A stretch of 63,548 bases of DNA, counting the filler, from Octopus bimaculoides (lineage: Eukaryota), in assembly GCF_001194135.2 (NCBI RefSeq). It is 5 parts of 5 records of this genome, joined end to end, with 100 filler letters (N's around TTAATTAATTAA, not from the genome) between each part and the next. Parts side by side here need not be neighbours in the genome. Positions count along the whole stretch, not along the records: positions 28,104 to 54,920 come from NC_068989.1; positions 55,021 to 62,249 come from NW_026407018.1; positions 62,350 to 63,548 come from NW_026356608.1; 2 more parts are not named here. One strand, written 5' to 3'. The translations under genes were made by a program, and so were the position numbers. This document shows, in pieces, positions 51,039 through 63,548 of this stretch (positions are counted from its first letter, which is position 1; every line of letters starts with the position of its first letter). The notes under the pieces are model-generated. The model was not told the origin of the DNA. It worked only from the letters and a program-made list of their open reading frames with translations, and did not search any database.

Positions 51039-53051
51039 ATGGAAATATTTGTGACAAACTTTTTAATATACATCTTACTGATAAACCACACAGTTCAAAC
51101 ATCAACTATAAACAGAACAGAACCCTTCAATTGTCCACCAGTTTTGTGTTCTGAAAGCCCCTGGACAGACCGCTGTTCATGTCAGCAAGACTGCTATTTA
51201 TACGATGAATGTTGTTCCGACCGTCTTAATCACACAAATTCTGACCTCGAGCCTCCATATCCCTCAATGTCTTATAGCTGTAACAATATTAATGGAAGAA
51301 ATTACTATCAATTTCACCGCTGTCCAACTAACTATGATATAACGGAACATGTGAACAACTGTGAAAATCCTAACTCAGACGAACAGCTACATCATGTACC
51401 TGCTTTTGGTAAAACAAGTAAAAAACTCTATAGAAATTTATATTGTGCTCTCTGTCACGGAGAACAATATATTTTGTGGAAGATTTCTTACCAATGTTTC
51501 TTTAAGGATGATAATCCAAATGTCACTGTTGATAACTTTTTATATATTTTCAATAAAAAAAATTGTGAGATATACAAACAAGTACCTTCTGAAGAATTTT
51601 ACCAATATTTGTATAGATGCACTCCTTTTGTTTCAGTGTGTGCGCTACATAATACCAATAAAACATTAGAACATCTATGTGAGCACAAGCCAATGAGAGT
51701 TGTCAACGCAAATAATACAGCCTTTAGAAATATTTACTGTGCACTTTGTAATGGTATTGATGCTGACGATATCCAGTGCCACATACATGAAACGAACATT
51801 TTTTCATATTCAAGCAAAGTGTTTTCTCTAACGGCAGTTTTTAATTTCCATACCAATTCTATAGAAATACAAAATATGGAGACAAACAAAGGAAATACTG
51901 TTCTGCAACTACCCTCCTGTCCGAAGCATGCAGTCTACGATATGAATACAAAGCAATGTCGACAAGTTATCTACCACCCGCAACTAAACTGTACAACAAC
52001 AAGTCTAAATGAATCTGAGTATTATATCACTAGTGATGGTCGTCTCTACTTAAATAATACCCAACGTTTACTGAACCAATCAGAATTCAGTTTCGATGAA
52101 GATGGTACAATAATTATTTGTGTAAAAAATGTTACCACAGTGTTACCAAAATATTCTGAGGCTGAAACTTATATCACGTTAGTGGGGCTTATATTTTCTA
52201 TCCCTGCTCTAGCAATCACTATTATAATCTATCTCTGCATACCTGATCTCCATACCTTACCAGGTAAATTACTCATTAGTCTTTTATCAGCATTGTTTGT
52301 AGCTGAGCTTCTCTTTCTTATTTCATCACAAGTCACTACATCTACAATTCTGTGTACATCTTTGGCTATTGTGATACATTATTCTTTTCTAGCGAGTTTC
52401 TTCTGGATGAATGTTTTATCTTTCGATGCCTGGTACACATTCTCAGGACTTACCCAACTTCGAATTAAAAGAAACGGTACCAAGAGACTTGTATTTTATT
52501 CCTTGTATGCTTGGATCTGTCCACTTGTCATAGTAACAATATCACTGATATTTGAGTACACACCTGGAAATCATGGACTTTCTCCAGAATATGGAAATGG
52601 CATTTGCTGGATTACAAACGGAAAAAGTCTGCTATGGTTATTTGCATTCCCTGTTATGCTCATTTTATGTCTTAACACAACAGCATTTATCCTCACTACC
52701 AGAGGGCTATATGTGGCTAGCAAACTTTCTGCGAAATATTTATCAGAACATAATAAATTGGAGTTCATTGTTTGCATAAAACTGTTTTTTATTATGGGAC
52801 TTACGTGGACATTTGCATTCCTGTATACCTTTACAAAAATTGAAGAATTTTCTCTAATATTTTGTATTTTAAATTCTTTTATTGGATTATTTATTTGTCT
52901 ATCATTTCTCTTCACAAAGATCGTCTGCCGCAATATACTTAAAAAATTTCGTCATATTTCAAAATGGCTTCCGCAAGAATCGAGTGAGATGTCTTCAACA
53001 TCTCAGAGAACTTTATCTACACAAATACCAACAAAAGTTACGTTTGAATAG
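51039..53051 (+). CDS. Class B / Methuselah-like 7TM GPCR, copy 3 (about 670 aa from homologous ATG; an in-frame ATG at 50997 could add 14 aa)
   Basis: Uninterrupted ORF homologous to copies 1 and 2; ATG 51039 (MEIFVTNF) aligns with their starts. Confidence 0.92.
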   Translation: MEIFVTNFLIYILLINHTVQTSTINRTEPFNCPPVLCSESPWTDRCSCQQDCYLYDECCSDRLNHTNSDLEPPYPSMSYSCNNINGRNYYQFHRCPTNYDITEHVNNCENPNSDEQLHHVPAFGKTSKKLYRNLYCALCHGEQYILWKISYQCFFKDDNPNVTVDNFLYIFNKKNCEIYKQVPSEEFYQYLYRCTPFVSVCALHNTNKTLEHLCEHKPMRVVNANNTAFRNIYCALCNGIDADDIQCHIHETNIFSYSSKVFSLTAVFNFHTNSIEIQNMETNKGNTVLQLPSCPKHAVYDMNTKQCRQVIYHPQLNCTTTSLNESEYYITSDGRLYLNNTQRLLNQSEFSFDEDGTIIICVKNVTTVLPKYSEAETYITLVGLIFSIPALAITIIIYLCIPDLHTLPGKLLISLLSALFVAELLFLISSQVTTSTILCTSLAIVIHYSFLASFFWMNVLSFDAWYTFSGLTQLRIKRNGTKRLVFYSLYAWICPLVIVTISLIFEYTPGNHGLSPEYGNGICWITNGKSLLWLFAFPVMLILCLNTTAFILTTRGLYVASKLSAKYLSEHNKLEFIVCIKLFFIMGLTWTFAFLYTFTKIEEFSLIFCILNSFIGLFICLSFLFTKIVCRNILKKFRHISKWLPQESSEMSSTSQRTLSTQIPTKVTFE

Positions 53052-53192
53052 TACAACTTGTTCGGTGAACGAAACGAATTTTATAGTTTTTCATACAAAG
53101 GCAAACAATATTTTCGGCTTTCATAATGGGACAATATTCTGACTAAATGTTCATTAATAACAATATTTCATGATATAAACGTATTGTGTGTA

Positions 53193-54476
53193 TTATGTTG
53201 GCAACTAAGTTCCTGCCGCTTTTTTTTTTAATTTAAAATGTTTAAAAGGTTTAATAAGAAATAACAACTAATTAATCTATAATGTATTTACTCTTGTTGT
53301 TTACAACTTCTTCCCAACGTTCAACAAGATTTTCTATACCTCGTTGGTAGAAATCACCCGATTTCGACTCGAAAAATTGATTCAACGAAGCTCTCAATTC
53401 TGCATCAGCATTGAACGAAACTCTGCGCATAGCATTTGAAAGAGATCGAAAGTGGTGGAAATCCATTGGTGCCAAATCAGGAGAGTACGGCGGCTATGGC
53501 AGCACTTCCCAGCCATGCGTTTGAATGGCTTCCTTGGTCATACTGGCGATATGAGGGCGGCCGTTGTGCAAAGGAAGAACTCCATGCTGCCGATTAGGTC
53601 TTTTCTCTTGAAAAGCCATGTTCAGTCGCTCCATCTGTTGAATATAGAGCTCTACGTTGACCGTTTGGTTCCGTTCAAGCAATTCGTAATGGATAATCCC
53701 TTCCCAGGCCCACCATACGCACAACATCGTTTTACGCGGATGAAGATCTTGTTTCACGCGCGGTGTCGCTTGTTTACCGGGGCTAAACCATTTCTTACGC
53801 TGCTTCATATTGATGTACAGGCACCATTTTTCGTCGCCAGTAACGATTCTGTAAAGAAATCGTTGCTTGTGACCATGAGTTGAGCGGTGACGAGCAAGCA
53901 AACCAGCGAAGATCGTGGCTCGTTGATTTTTGTTGTTGTCACTTAAAGCATGCGGAACCCATGCTCCATACTTCTGAACCTTTCCCATCGAGTGAAGATG
54001 CTTCTCTATAGCAGTGTCGGAGCATTCCATTTTCTCTGACAGTTCTCTTGTTGTTTGATGAGAATTTTCGTGCAAAAGTTTGTTTAATCGCTCTTCATCC
54101 AACTCAACTGGACGGCCAGAACGAGGTGTGTCTTTGAGGTCAAAATTTCCATTTTTTAACAATCGCGAGCGGTTCTTCCAGCTAGCTATGGTACCCGCTC
54201 CATACACAGCATAAATGTCGCGAACAGCTTTTGCGGCCTTAGAACCTTCATTAAAAGCAAAAAAAAGGTGTCGAAAATGCTCGGTTTTCTTAAGTTGACA
54301 TTACATGTCAATGATCTGAAAATAAACAAAAATTAACTAAAATTAACTTTAAAAAAAAAATAGATTCCAAAATGATTCAAAAATAGAATTCTCGAAAAAA
54401 AAACAAATTCCAAGATTTAAAAACGCAATAAATTTCAAAATTTAAAAAAGCAGCGGGAAATTAGTTGCCAACCTAA
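53193..54476 (-). mobile_element. Full-length (1284 bp) inactivated mariner transposon, Hsmar1/cecropia-like TIRs
   Basis: TA at 53191-92 and 54477-78. Imperfect TIRs TTATGTTGGCAACTAAGTTCC / TTAGGTTGGCAACTAATTTCC. Transposase relic about 54306-53272 with WVPHAL, IVTGDEKW, YSPDLAP; stops right after the ATG and at 53496-94; second catalytic Asp lost (LHNGRPH). Confidence 0.93.
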
Positions 54477-54604
54477 TAGAAGGTAATGAGTCAAGATGTA
54501 TATATGTATGTATGTATGTATATGTATCAAAGGTATGTACAAATACATATATTGGCATGTATATTTATCCATATTATATATATGTATATATATATATATA
54601 TATG

Positions 54605-54900
54605 GGAGATTATACAAAAAATAACAACAGACGAGGACAGGTGGTGTAAATAACAAAAGTATATATTAGTATGACGCTCGGGAATACGGAAAGTCTTTGA
54701 CGTTTCGAGCTACGCTCTTCAACAGAAAGAATACGGAGACAAGGAGAAAAACACGGAGAAAAAAAATTGAATAGTGTTCAGTCAACGGTCAATCATAATA
54801 ATGGCCGATCATAACAATGGCTGACTGACCGGAAGTTAGAAATTCTTATTTCAGGAGAGCTAAGAAAGGGGGAGGTAACGAACGGTGATCGGGAACGAGG
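54605..54900 (-). mobile_element. Probable Penelope-type terminal repeat fragment with degenerate hammerhead-like hairpin
   Basis: Minus strand TTGAAGAGCGTAGCTCGAAACGTC at 54725-54699 (GAGC-gta-GCTC stem, GAAAC, GTC). Confidence 0.4.
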
Positions 54901-56307
54901 GGCTGTGTGTGGGAGGTAGANNNNNNNNNNNNNNNNNNNNNNNNNNNNNNNNNNNNNNNNNNNNTTAATTAATTAANNNNNNNNNNNNNNNNNNNNNNNN
55001 NNNNNNNNNNNNNNNNNNNNAGACAGAGAGAGAGAGACAGAGAGAGAGAGAGAAAATAAATTGCTACTCACAGCTCTCGATAAGTTTTCAGCAAGACTTT
55101 TATTTTCATTGAATTTAAACGTCGAATTGAAAATCAGAGGAACTACAAAGGAACTGCTCCAGCCTATGGAAGGATATAAAAATAGAAGAGAATCATTGCT
55201 TTCGTAAATGAGGGACATGTCATAGATACCATGAAGATATAAATATAATTATCAATATAATAACAGTGAGTTTTATTGAGATGAGGGAAGCTGACAAGAG
55301 ATTCACTTAATTTACAACTGACAAATGCATGAATTCCACATGATTATATTTCTTTTGTTGATGACACCAGAGAGCCTATACAGCTCAAAGGTACTTGCAA
55401 AATAAGTAAAATGTTGGCCCGTTTATATTCTGTTACTTTATCAGGGTTACAGCTTTACCACCGCTTGTTGTCCATAAATAACTAACGGAAGAACAATCCG
55501 TTTTAATCACAAACCAAAAGATTTTAACCAACTAAGAGAAATTACATCAATGTAATCATACACATACATAAATATAAACCTACATTCATACAAACGCATA
55601 GATAGAGAACAGTCATATACGCGTATCTACTCACACAATATATTACGCATAGATGCACATTCACGTAAATACATCTTCATAAACACACACACACACACAT
55701 TTATTTAAAGGACACAATACATGTCTTTATGTGCTACTAATAGTTTCATATGTTGTGAAATATCACAAGCATATTCTTCAGGAACAAGCTACATATCATA
55801 ACGAATGAATAAAATTGAATAAGAGAGAAAAAGTTCAAAACCTGAGAAGGGAACATATAGAAAATATGGAAGGTTAAGAAAACGGAAAACGGAAAAGTGC
55901 TAAAAGTAAAAGAGAAAAAAATTAAAAGAGTTATCCCCTTAGATCTTAAATTGCAAGGATGGAAAGATATCGACAAGGTAATCAAGGATTGGCGGAGTTT
56001 TCCAATTTCAAAATATATTTATACATGTTTCCGACATAAGAATAAAGAAAGGCTACTAAGTTCGCTAACCATGGAGGAGTTTGAAAGCTAACAAAATACC
56101 ACATGTGTTTAAGTGGAAAAGAAACTCAGAAATCCACACTTTATGTTACTGGATCAAATATATGTAGACTATGTTTAGCTGAAAAGCTTCATGAGATCAC
56201 AATAGATTTTAAATATCGATTAAAGCTGTTCAGTAATTTTTTAACTTACAGAGAGTGATAAGAATTCGCCATATTTGTATCTCTACTACGAATGCCTAAA
56301 CACACGC

Positions 56308-56362
<55 letters not shown>

Positions 56363-56844
56363 CCGAACCACATCAAATGTCATCCCTACTATTATTACAC
56401 ATGACACTGAGTCTGCGTTTTTGTGGGTCTATATAAATATTTCATTTATTTCCTCTCTATTCTCTGCTGACGGACGAAAAACCTTTGAGTTAATCCAGAA
56501 ATTGGCTGACCCAAACATGACTCGATTTTATGGATTTTCGTTACGTTCCTTCTTGAATTTTCGACCCGTGTGTAACAATAACAGTGATGCCATTTAATTT
56601 GGTTAGACGATTTAGTCTGTTTTCAACATAGAGGCAAGAATATTTTTATGCCCTTAATTCTAATCGTCTTTATGATTTCACCTTAATAGTTCTAACGTTC
56701 TTATATGCTGGCCACTGATAATTTTTTAACTATTGTATCCTTTGTGATTATTTTGGCTTGACCATCAGGTTAAAAAAAAAGAACAGTTGTAACGTTCCAA
56801 CCTGAAAGTTGTGCTGTTTGCAACCCCATATATATATATATATA

Positions 56845-56971
56845 AAGCGAAAATTATACAAAATTGATAAATAGATGATTAGTAAAGCGCCCGAAGAGGC
56901 CTAGAACGACGGGTCGAAACGTGTTGCTCACAATAAACTCTATTATACATTCCATCTCCTATTTTATTAAT

Positions 56972-56975
<4 letters not shown>
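56845..56975 (+). repeat. Third copy of the 46.5-kb hammerhead-bearing repeat
   Basis: CCGAAGAGGCCTAGAACGACGGGTCGAAACGTGTT followed by caataaactctattatacattccatctcctattttattaat, as at 46690-46735. Confidence 0.65.
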
Positions 56976-57003
<28 letters not shown>

Positions 57004-57949
57004 TGTATGTATGTATGCATGCGTATGCGTGTGTGTGTGTCTGTGCTTGTCTCACGATCACTGTTTGATAACCGGTGTTGGAGTGTTTATATCCCCGTAT
57101 CTTTCCGGTTAGTTAAAAAAGATTAATAGAAAAAGAACCGGGCTTAAAAAAGAACTGGGGTTGATTCATTCGACTAAAAGTCTTTAAGGCGGTGCCCCAG
57201 CATGGTCGCAGTCTAATGACTGAAACAGGCAAACAAGGTAGGCAAGACACAATAACTATTTTAATGTGTTTAACCTTTCATCTGTAATAAATCAGGATTT
57301 ATTATATCAGGAAATAAACAACACTGACCTATGAAATCGTTCTTGTTACATAAGTTTCCGATGCAACAAGCAACACAGGAAGAGCCATTTGTCCATTCAT
57401 TACATGTAAGGGTGTTGTTTCTCATGGTATCAAAACATTCTCTGTATGTGCTGCAGGACTTTTCAAACTTCGGTTTAACGCCATCCCTCGATAATTTGAT
57501 GCGGCATACAGGCTGTAACAGTAAACACAGAAATCATATACCGCTACGATAACAACACAGGTGGTATTTAAGATGGAAAACTTTGAGTCATTGCTCTTAA
57601 AATTATCAAACGACAACAAAGGAAATGCTGAAAGATGACTACATAAATAATCCCCTTTAANNNNNNNNNNAACTTTGAGTCATTGCTCTTAAAATTATCA
57701 AACGACAACAAAGGAAATGCTGAAAGATGACTTCATAAATAATCCCCTTTAACGTTTATTTATACTTACTGCATTTAAAGGATGTTTATACATGCCCCCA
57801 ATATGCAACGTCCTCATATCACGTGTCAATAACGCACATAAAGACGCGATCGCTCGCACACGCACACACATGTACACACACGCACGCACACACACACGCA
57901 TTGAGAGGAAACGACAAATAATTATAATTCTGTATAATTCGGTCAGAAC

Positions 57950-58500
57950 TTCTTACTCGGGGGTAAGTACATTGAATTCTCTGTGCAAAATGTACGAACA
58001 GCCACGATTGCAATCACCAGCAACAACAGAAATGAACACACCGGTACCCTTCGTAAAAGATGATAATCAAAATAAATGGCCGCACTTAGACGTTCAAGTC
58101 ATGGCAATAACCAGAATATGCATAAATGGATACAAAAACTGTTTCCCTTCTTCAGGCACATTTTATAACCCTGAAATGAAAACAATCACACAAAATTCGA
58201 AGTGAAAAGTAACCTAGGTCTAGAGGAATCACTGGATCATGGAAACATTATTAATATTCTTTCTGGAACGTTGGATCTTGAAGTAGATAAGCTATAAACA
58301 ATAGCATATAAATATTGTTTTTAAAAAGCCCTTTGGCTAGAAAGTGTCGATACCAAATCTCCTGTGAACATGACTGACGTTCTAACATTAGACCAAAGCG
58401 ATCTTTTGAATGTCCCCATTTCTTTTAGAAATTTTATTTTTACCACCGAAAATTGTATGTTGCTGACGTCATAAGAATGTATAAACTCCAAGAAAACATG
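57950..58500. mobile_element. Highly decayed Penelope-like fragments in opposite orientations
   Basis: Plus: PFVKDDNQNKWPHLDVQV (cf. E.E.NNKLPFLDV.V). Minus: SNIQFSVV...GIDTF*PKG (cf. GIY-YIG C-terminus). Confidence 0.35.
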
Positions 58501-61274
58501 CAATAATTATTTCTTGGCACGAAACAAGCCAATAATAACAATAACAACAGCAATATTAATAACAATAATGATAATAATAATAATAATAATAGTAAAGATC
58601 GGGACATCCATAAGAAAGGTTCCATAGGTCAGGAGAAATTGAACCGTCCTATACCTGTTATGACATACACAACCAATAGCCTGAGGACACTCACTTCACA
58701 GTAGGCAGCTCTTACTTTCAGACAGACTTTGTGCAACATCCAGAAGCTGCCTGTACTTTGAAATTTAAGGATTTCCAGGATAATTCTGTTACACAATCGT
58801 TCAAATAGAAAATACTATGAGATATGAATATCTCAAGGTCACCAAAATTGGGAATGAGTGTGAGCAGTTCAGAGATCTTGATCCTGCTGGCTGCTACCAC
58901 TAATAATCTTGTTGAGCTCGTTGAACAGCGGAACTTGCTTCCAGCTTGACTCAGGACAAGTACTTCATACATACCACTCTAAGCACAGCCACGTTTGCTG
59001 GAGAAGGAGAAAGGAAGAGGCCACACTTAAGTTCGTGAGCTCAATTCCTGGAACGAGTGGAACCTTGTGTTCTTGAACAAGGCACTTAATTTTACGTTGC
59101 TCCAGTCTACTCAGCTGAAACTGTGTAACCAGCCTATTGCCGGTCATCTTTCTCTCCCCTCAGATGTGTAATCTTCGTTGTTCTGCTAAGTCAAAAATCG
59201 AGCGGATGTGTGTATCTGCTTGCGACTCTATAAGGCACTGAAAACAATTAGCAAATGCATGTTACAAATGCAAGATACTTGGCCATTCTGGCTTTGGGTG
59301 TGGGTTATGAGCATATTATAGCAAATAGGAAGAAAGGAACATTTCAATTTACCTCATCGCCTGTACAGTTTGTCACTTCTGATTCATTGCACATCAACCC
59401 TGAACATGTTTGACACTGCACATTCCGTTGAAATAACGAGTAATCTATACAATACAATAAAATATCCATATTTAGGAACCAAATATGTAATGTATAAGAA
59501 TAAGAAAAAATAATTACTTTGTGTTTTAAAGCAAATGTAAAAGGGATAATGTTGGAATCAATACATGTGACATATTCAAATTTAGTTATCAATGGAGACT
59601 AAAGAAGCATGTTACGATTTTCACCTGCAATTGTTTCAGTTTTGTCACAAATTAAACTAAGAAAACTACGAAAGCTACTTGATGGCATTTTCTATTTGTA
59701 TTCTGCTCTCACAAAAAGTGCGAACACTGAAATAAAGAGAAATAATACTAAAGTGGTAATTATGCTTTTGTAGAATGAAAACCTTTATGAAATCTGTGAA
59801 TGTAATTTAAATTTTGTAATACCTATCAAAATATAATCGTTGATTTAATGAGGAAGCCTCTATGTGGTGACGCAACCTCCTCAAATAGTAGCCAAAGCAC
59901 ACACTTTATTTTCAAAACAGAAACACCACGCGATATCATGTGATCTTCAAAAATATCCTGGAGTTTCCTTTATGGTAATAAACCACAAATCCTGAACATT
60001 TTGGAGAGAACGGCAATCCATTACATCAACCGCAGGGCTCAACTGATACTTTTTATTCACCCCCAAGAGGATGAAAAGTAGAGTCGACATGGACGTAAAT
60101 TGAACTCAGACCCTAACGGATGAAATGTCGCTAGGTGTTTTATCCGGCCTGTCAACGATTGTACTGTCAGTGATAATAATAAAATAACAACACAAACAAG
60201 GAAGATTTTACTAACCTTTACATTGCGAGTATTCCATTATTGGTATTAATTTGTTTTGGTTATTGCCTGGATCTGCCTGACACTCGCCCTGGACCTTCAC
60301 AGTCCTGCTGAATGTTGAGTTCACATAATTTACCAAGGCTGACAGATGACATCCACACATCATATCTGTATTGTTTCTGAGGTCGCTGCAATTATAAACA
60401 GAACTTTAAGTGAATGTGCTTTAGAGATTAGAGTATCGTCTCTTGTATTTGACAAGAAACAAGGATAATGTAATTCCAGAAAGAGTATAGAAGTAATGAC
60501 ATCTTTTTATGAGTTAAGTTTGACGACATTTTTTTATGAATTTAATTTGATGACGTCTTTTTTATGAGTTTAGTCTGATGGCATCTTTTTATGTGAATAC
60601 AAAGACTTTTGGCTTTCCAATAAAGGAAGATTTGTTGTACATACATGGAAAAAATACGGGGAAGGAATAAGAACGCGCCATTCTCAGAGTTTTGTATTCG
60701 GTTGTTCTGCAAATATCTGAAAGAATGAAACAAATATTTTATTAGTTAAAATACGCACAAGTTAATAAGTCTGTTTTCTCCTCTTAATATACTGTCCAAA
60801 CTAAGCGAATAAAAGCTTTTGTTTACTGCAAAGTTGTTTATTTCTCTATGATTTTTCTGTCTGTAGTTTGTACAGGAATAATTAACCTAATTTAGATATC
60901 CTCGGGGAAAAGAGTCTTCTGTGATATCCGAGTAACAACATATGGAAGATGATAAGCGATAAGAATAACAAAACATCAAGAAGACTTTGTTGTGTGGGTT
61001 TTACATAACATTCACATTTAATGCGATATCAACAAGATTTATCCAACTTACAGAAATCTTAAATTGCGCAGATCATCGAAGGATCCTATTTGAATTTTCT
61101 CGATATTATTTTCATTCAAATATCTGTAACATAAAATGTTAGTTGGTAAAATAACGCGGAGAAGAGTTTCATAATAAAATAATATTATCATCGAAATGTC
61201 TATGAAGCAAAATGTTTAGTGATTAGAAAATCTATAGAAGTGTCTTATGATAAGATGTAAAGTATAATGGCTAA

Positions 61275-62249
61275 AAATTTACTCGGTAGAGAAGGAAAGG
61301 AGATGAGGATGAAGATGATAATAATATTGAGGTTGAAGAGGAAGAGGATAGTGTTGGAGGTGGTAGCATGGATGAATGTGAGGAAGATGCTGAGGACAGG
61401 AGTATGGTAGTAGTGTTAATGAAGATAATGTTGCTGCTGATGATGATGATTTTGATGACGACTGTTGACGATGATAATATGTTGATGATGATAAAGGTAA
61501 AGGTGTTAAAGCTTGCACAGGAGACTATGAAGATGGTAATGTCGAGGATGGTGAAGATGAATACGATGAGAGTATCGATAGAAATTAAATTAAAAAAGAG
61601 AGCAAGAAAAACATGATGGGGATGAAATTTGAGTCGACGGAAGGAAAAATGTTTAATGTTTGGTAACAGATAGTGAAGGAAAAGGGGGAGAATAAAAAGA
61701 AGACGGAAACGAGGCAGAAAGGCAGAACAGTGTGAAGTAGAAGGAGGACGAAGATAAGAGGAAAGAGAAAAAAATGAGAACACAAAGAGAGAACAACAAC
61801 AATAACGAGCAAGTGATATAAGAGATAATGGAAAACGGCAATGCGGAAACAAGCGGACGATGTGGGGTGAAATCTGAAAGAAACTCCAAAAGAAGGGTAA
61901 GTGGAAAATGACGAATAAGATGAGGATAAGGAAACAGAAGGAAAAAAAATAGGTAGCAGAATTACAATAAGTCAAAGATAAAAGAAATAAGAGAAAGGAT
62001 GAAAATAAATAAGCGTAGAAGGAAAGGTCGTAGTAGTAATAGAAGAAGAAGAAAAGAACAAGGAGCAGAGGAAGTGAAAGCGGAAGTGAAAGAGGAAGAG
62101 GAAGAAAAACAACAATTAAAGAAGAAATAGAAGATGAAGTAAAGGACGAAGACGAAGAAGACAGAAAAGAAATTGATGAAGAAGAAAAGAAGGAAGAACA
62201 AGAAAAAGAAAAAAGAAGAAGAAGAAGAAGAAGAAGAAGAAGAAGAAGA
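61275..62249. repeat. Purine-rich low-complexity tract ending in (GAA)n
   Basis: GAT/GAA/GAG-rich run into a gap. Confidence 0.85.
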
Positions 62250-62549
62250 NNNNNNNNNNNNNNNNNNNNNNNNNNNNNNNNNNNNNNNNNNNNTTAATTA
62301 ATTAANNNNNNNNNNNNNNNNNNNNNNNNNNNNNNNNNNNNNNNNNNNNATATATATATAAATACGTATGTATATTTGTATTTTTATGTGTAAGTGTATT
62401 ACGTGTTTGCCTTCTAATGTTCGCACTTGTAAGTCACTGTTTTAGGCGCTAATGAGGTGCATAGAAAATAAAATGTGAGTGTGGTCATCAATACGCCCTA
62501 ACATGAAGCTCTCCACATATATACACACACAAACACACGTTTACATATA

Positions 62550-62582
<33 letters not shown>

Positions 62583-62630
62583 ATATGTATGTATATATAT
62601 ATATATGTATGTATGTATACATACATATGC

Positions 62631-62702
<72 letters not shown>

Positions 62703-63395
62703 GTGGGTAAGTATACATATATACGTGTGAATATATATGTCAGTGTGTTATTGTATATGTGCCCGTATGTGTCTGTCTCTGTGTGTGCGCGTGTAAGTGT
62801 TTGTATTTGTATATTTGTGCGTGCTTAGTATGCGTGCGTGCGCACATAAGAAGAAAAAAGGCTTTTAATCTTCCTTTGTGTGTTGCTATGGAGAAATATG
62901 TGTCGGTGTCTATATACATTGGCGCATTAGAGACGAACAACGCTTTCCGTTCTCCAACCTCTCCCGTCTGCATGTTAAGAAACCTTCTCTTGACTTTCCT
63001 ACCACCGCAGTCTATCGTTTTCTGGCCAGGTTTTCCTAAGTAACAGATTAGAAAGGAAGGTTATCGCAACGGTGGCAGCATTGCTCTCAACCGGATATCT
63101 ACTTTAAATAGCTTTACAGCTTGCACACTTGATTTACCAACGAAATTCTCGCTTTTTGGTTTCGACCTAAATGACAAACGGTCCAGCGATCAAGACTGCT
63201 TGGTGAATAATGACATTTTGCGGCCATTTATAGATTTCTTTGCATACGGCTCTGTGTAAGTGTGGGTAGAAGAGATACGGAATGTATGCACTCATGAATG
63301 AATGAATGTATTTATGCATCTATACATGTATCTATATATATATATGTGTGTGTGTGNNNNNNNNNNNNNNNNNNNNNNNNNNNNNNNNNNNNNNN

Positions 63396-63447
<52 letters not shown>

Positions 63448-63548
63448 GTGTATGTAAGTGTGTGTGGGTGTGCATGTATTGTAGTATGTGTGTGCAAGTA
63501 ATCATATGTTTAGATGTATTTGTATACACAAACATGTATATATGTATA

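Noticed and set aside
53452-53883. 143-aa plus-strand ORF inside the mariner
   Set aside because: Antisense shadow of the transposase.
57579-57751. About 82-bp direct repeat either side of a 10-N gap
   Set aside because: Typical unmerged contig overlap (two small differences, probably haplotypes).
61271-62201. Hydrophobic and acidic ORFs up to 234 aa
   Set aside because: Purine-rich low-complexity DNA.

Overview
AT-rich, gapped animal genomic DNA dense in microsatellites, SINEs and MITEs. The repeat content looks cephalopod, probably Octopus; this is inferred and not verifiable here. The clear genes form a tandem array of single-CDS-exon, + strand class-B/Methuselah-like GPCRs. Three are intact (31747-33762, 41340-43325, 51039-53051). 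Each has a signal peptide, a somatomedin-B-like Cys cluster, two RNxYCALC modules and a hypervariable ectodomain segment. A fourth is a C-terminal relic (43865-44116) fused by deletion to a truncated mariner. Each intact gene has the same upstream layout: a decayed HERO/RLE-type retrotransposon remnant, then a conserved 3' splice acceptor about 200 nt before the ATG. Shared and missing insertions suggest an [A-B]x2 two-gene block duplication followed by patchy gene conversion. Spacers hold CR1/Jockey-type LINE fragments, a full-length dead Hsmar1-like mariner (53193-54476) and Penelope-like fragments carrying hammerhead-ribozyme motifs. The first 29 kb is mostly repeats plus low-confidence, partly stop-disrupted exon-like segments on the minus strand.
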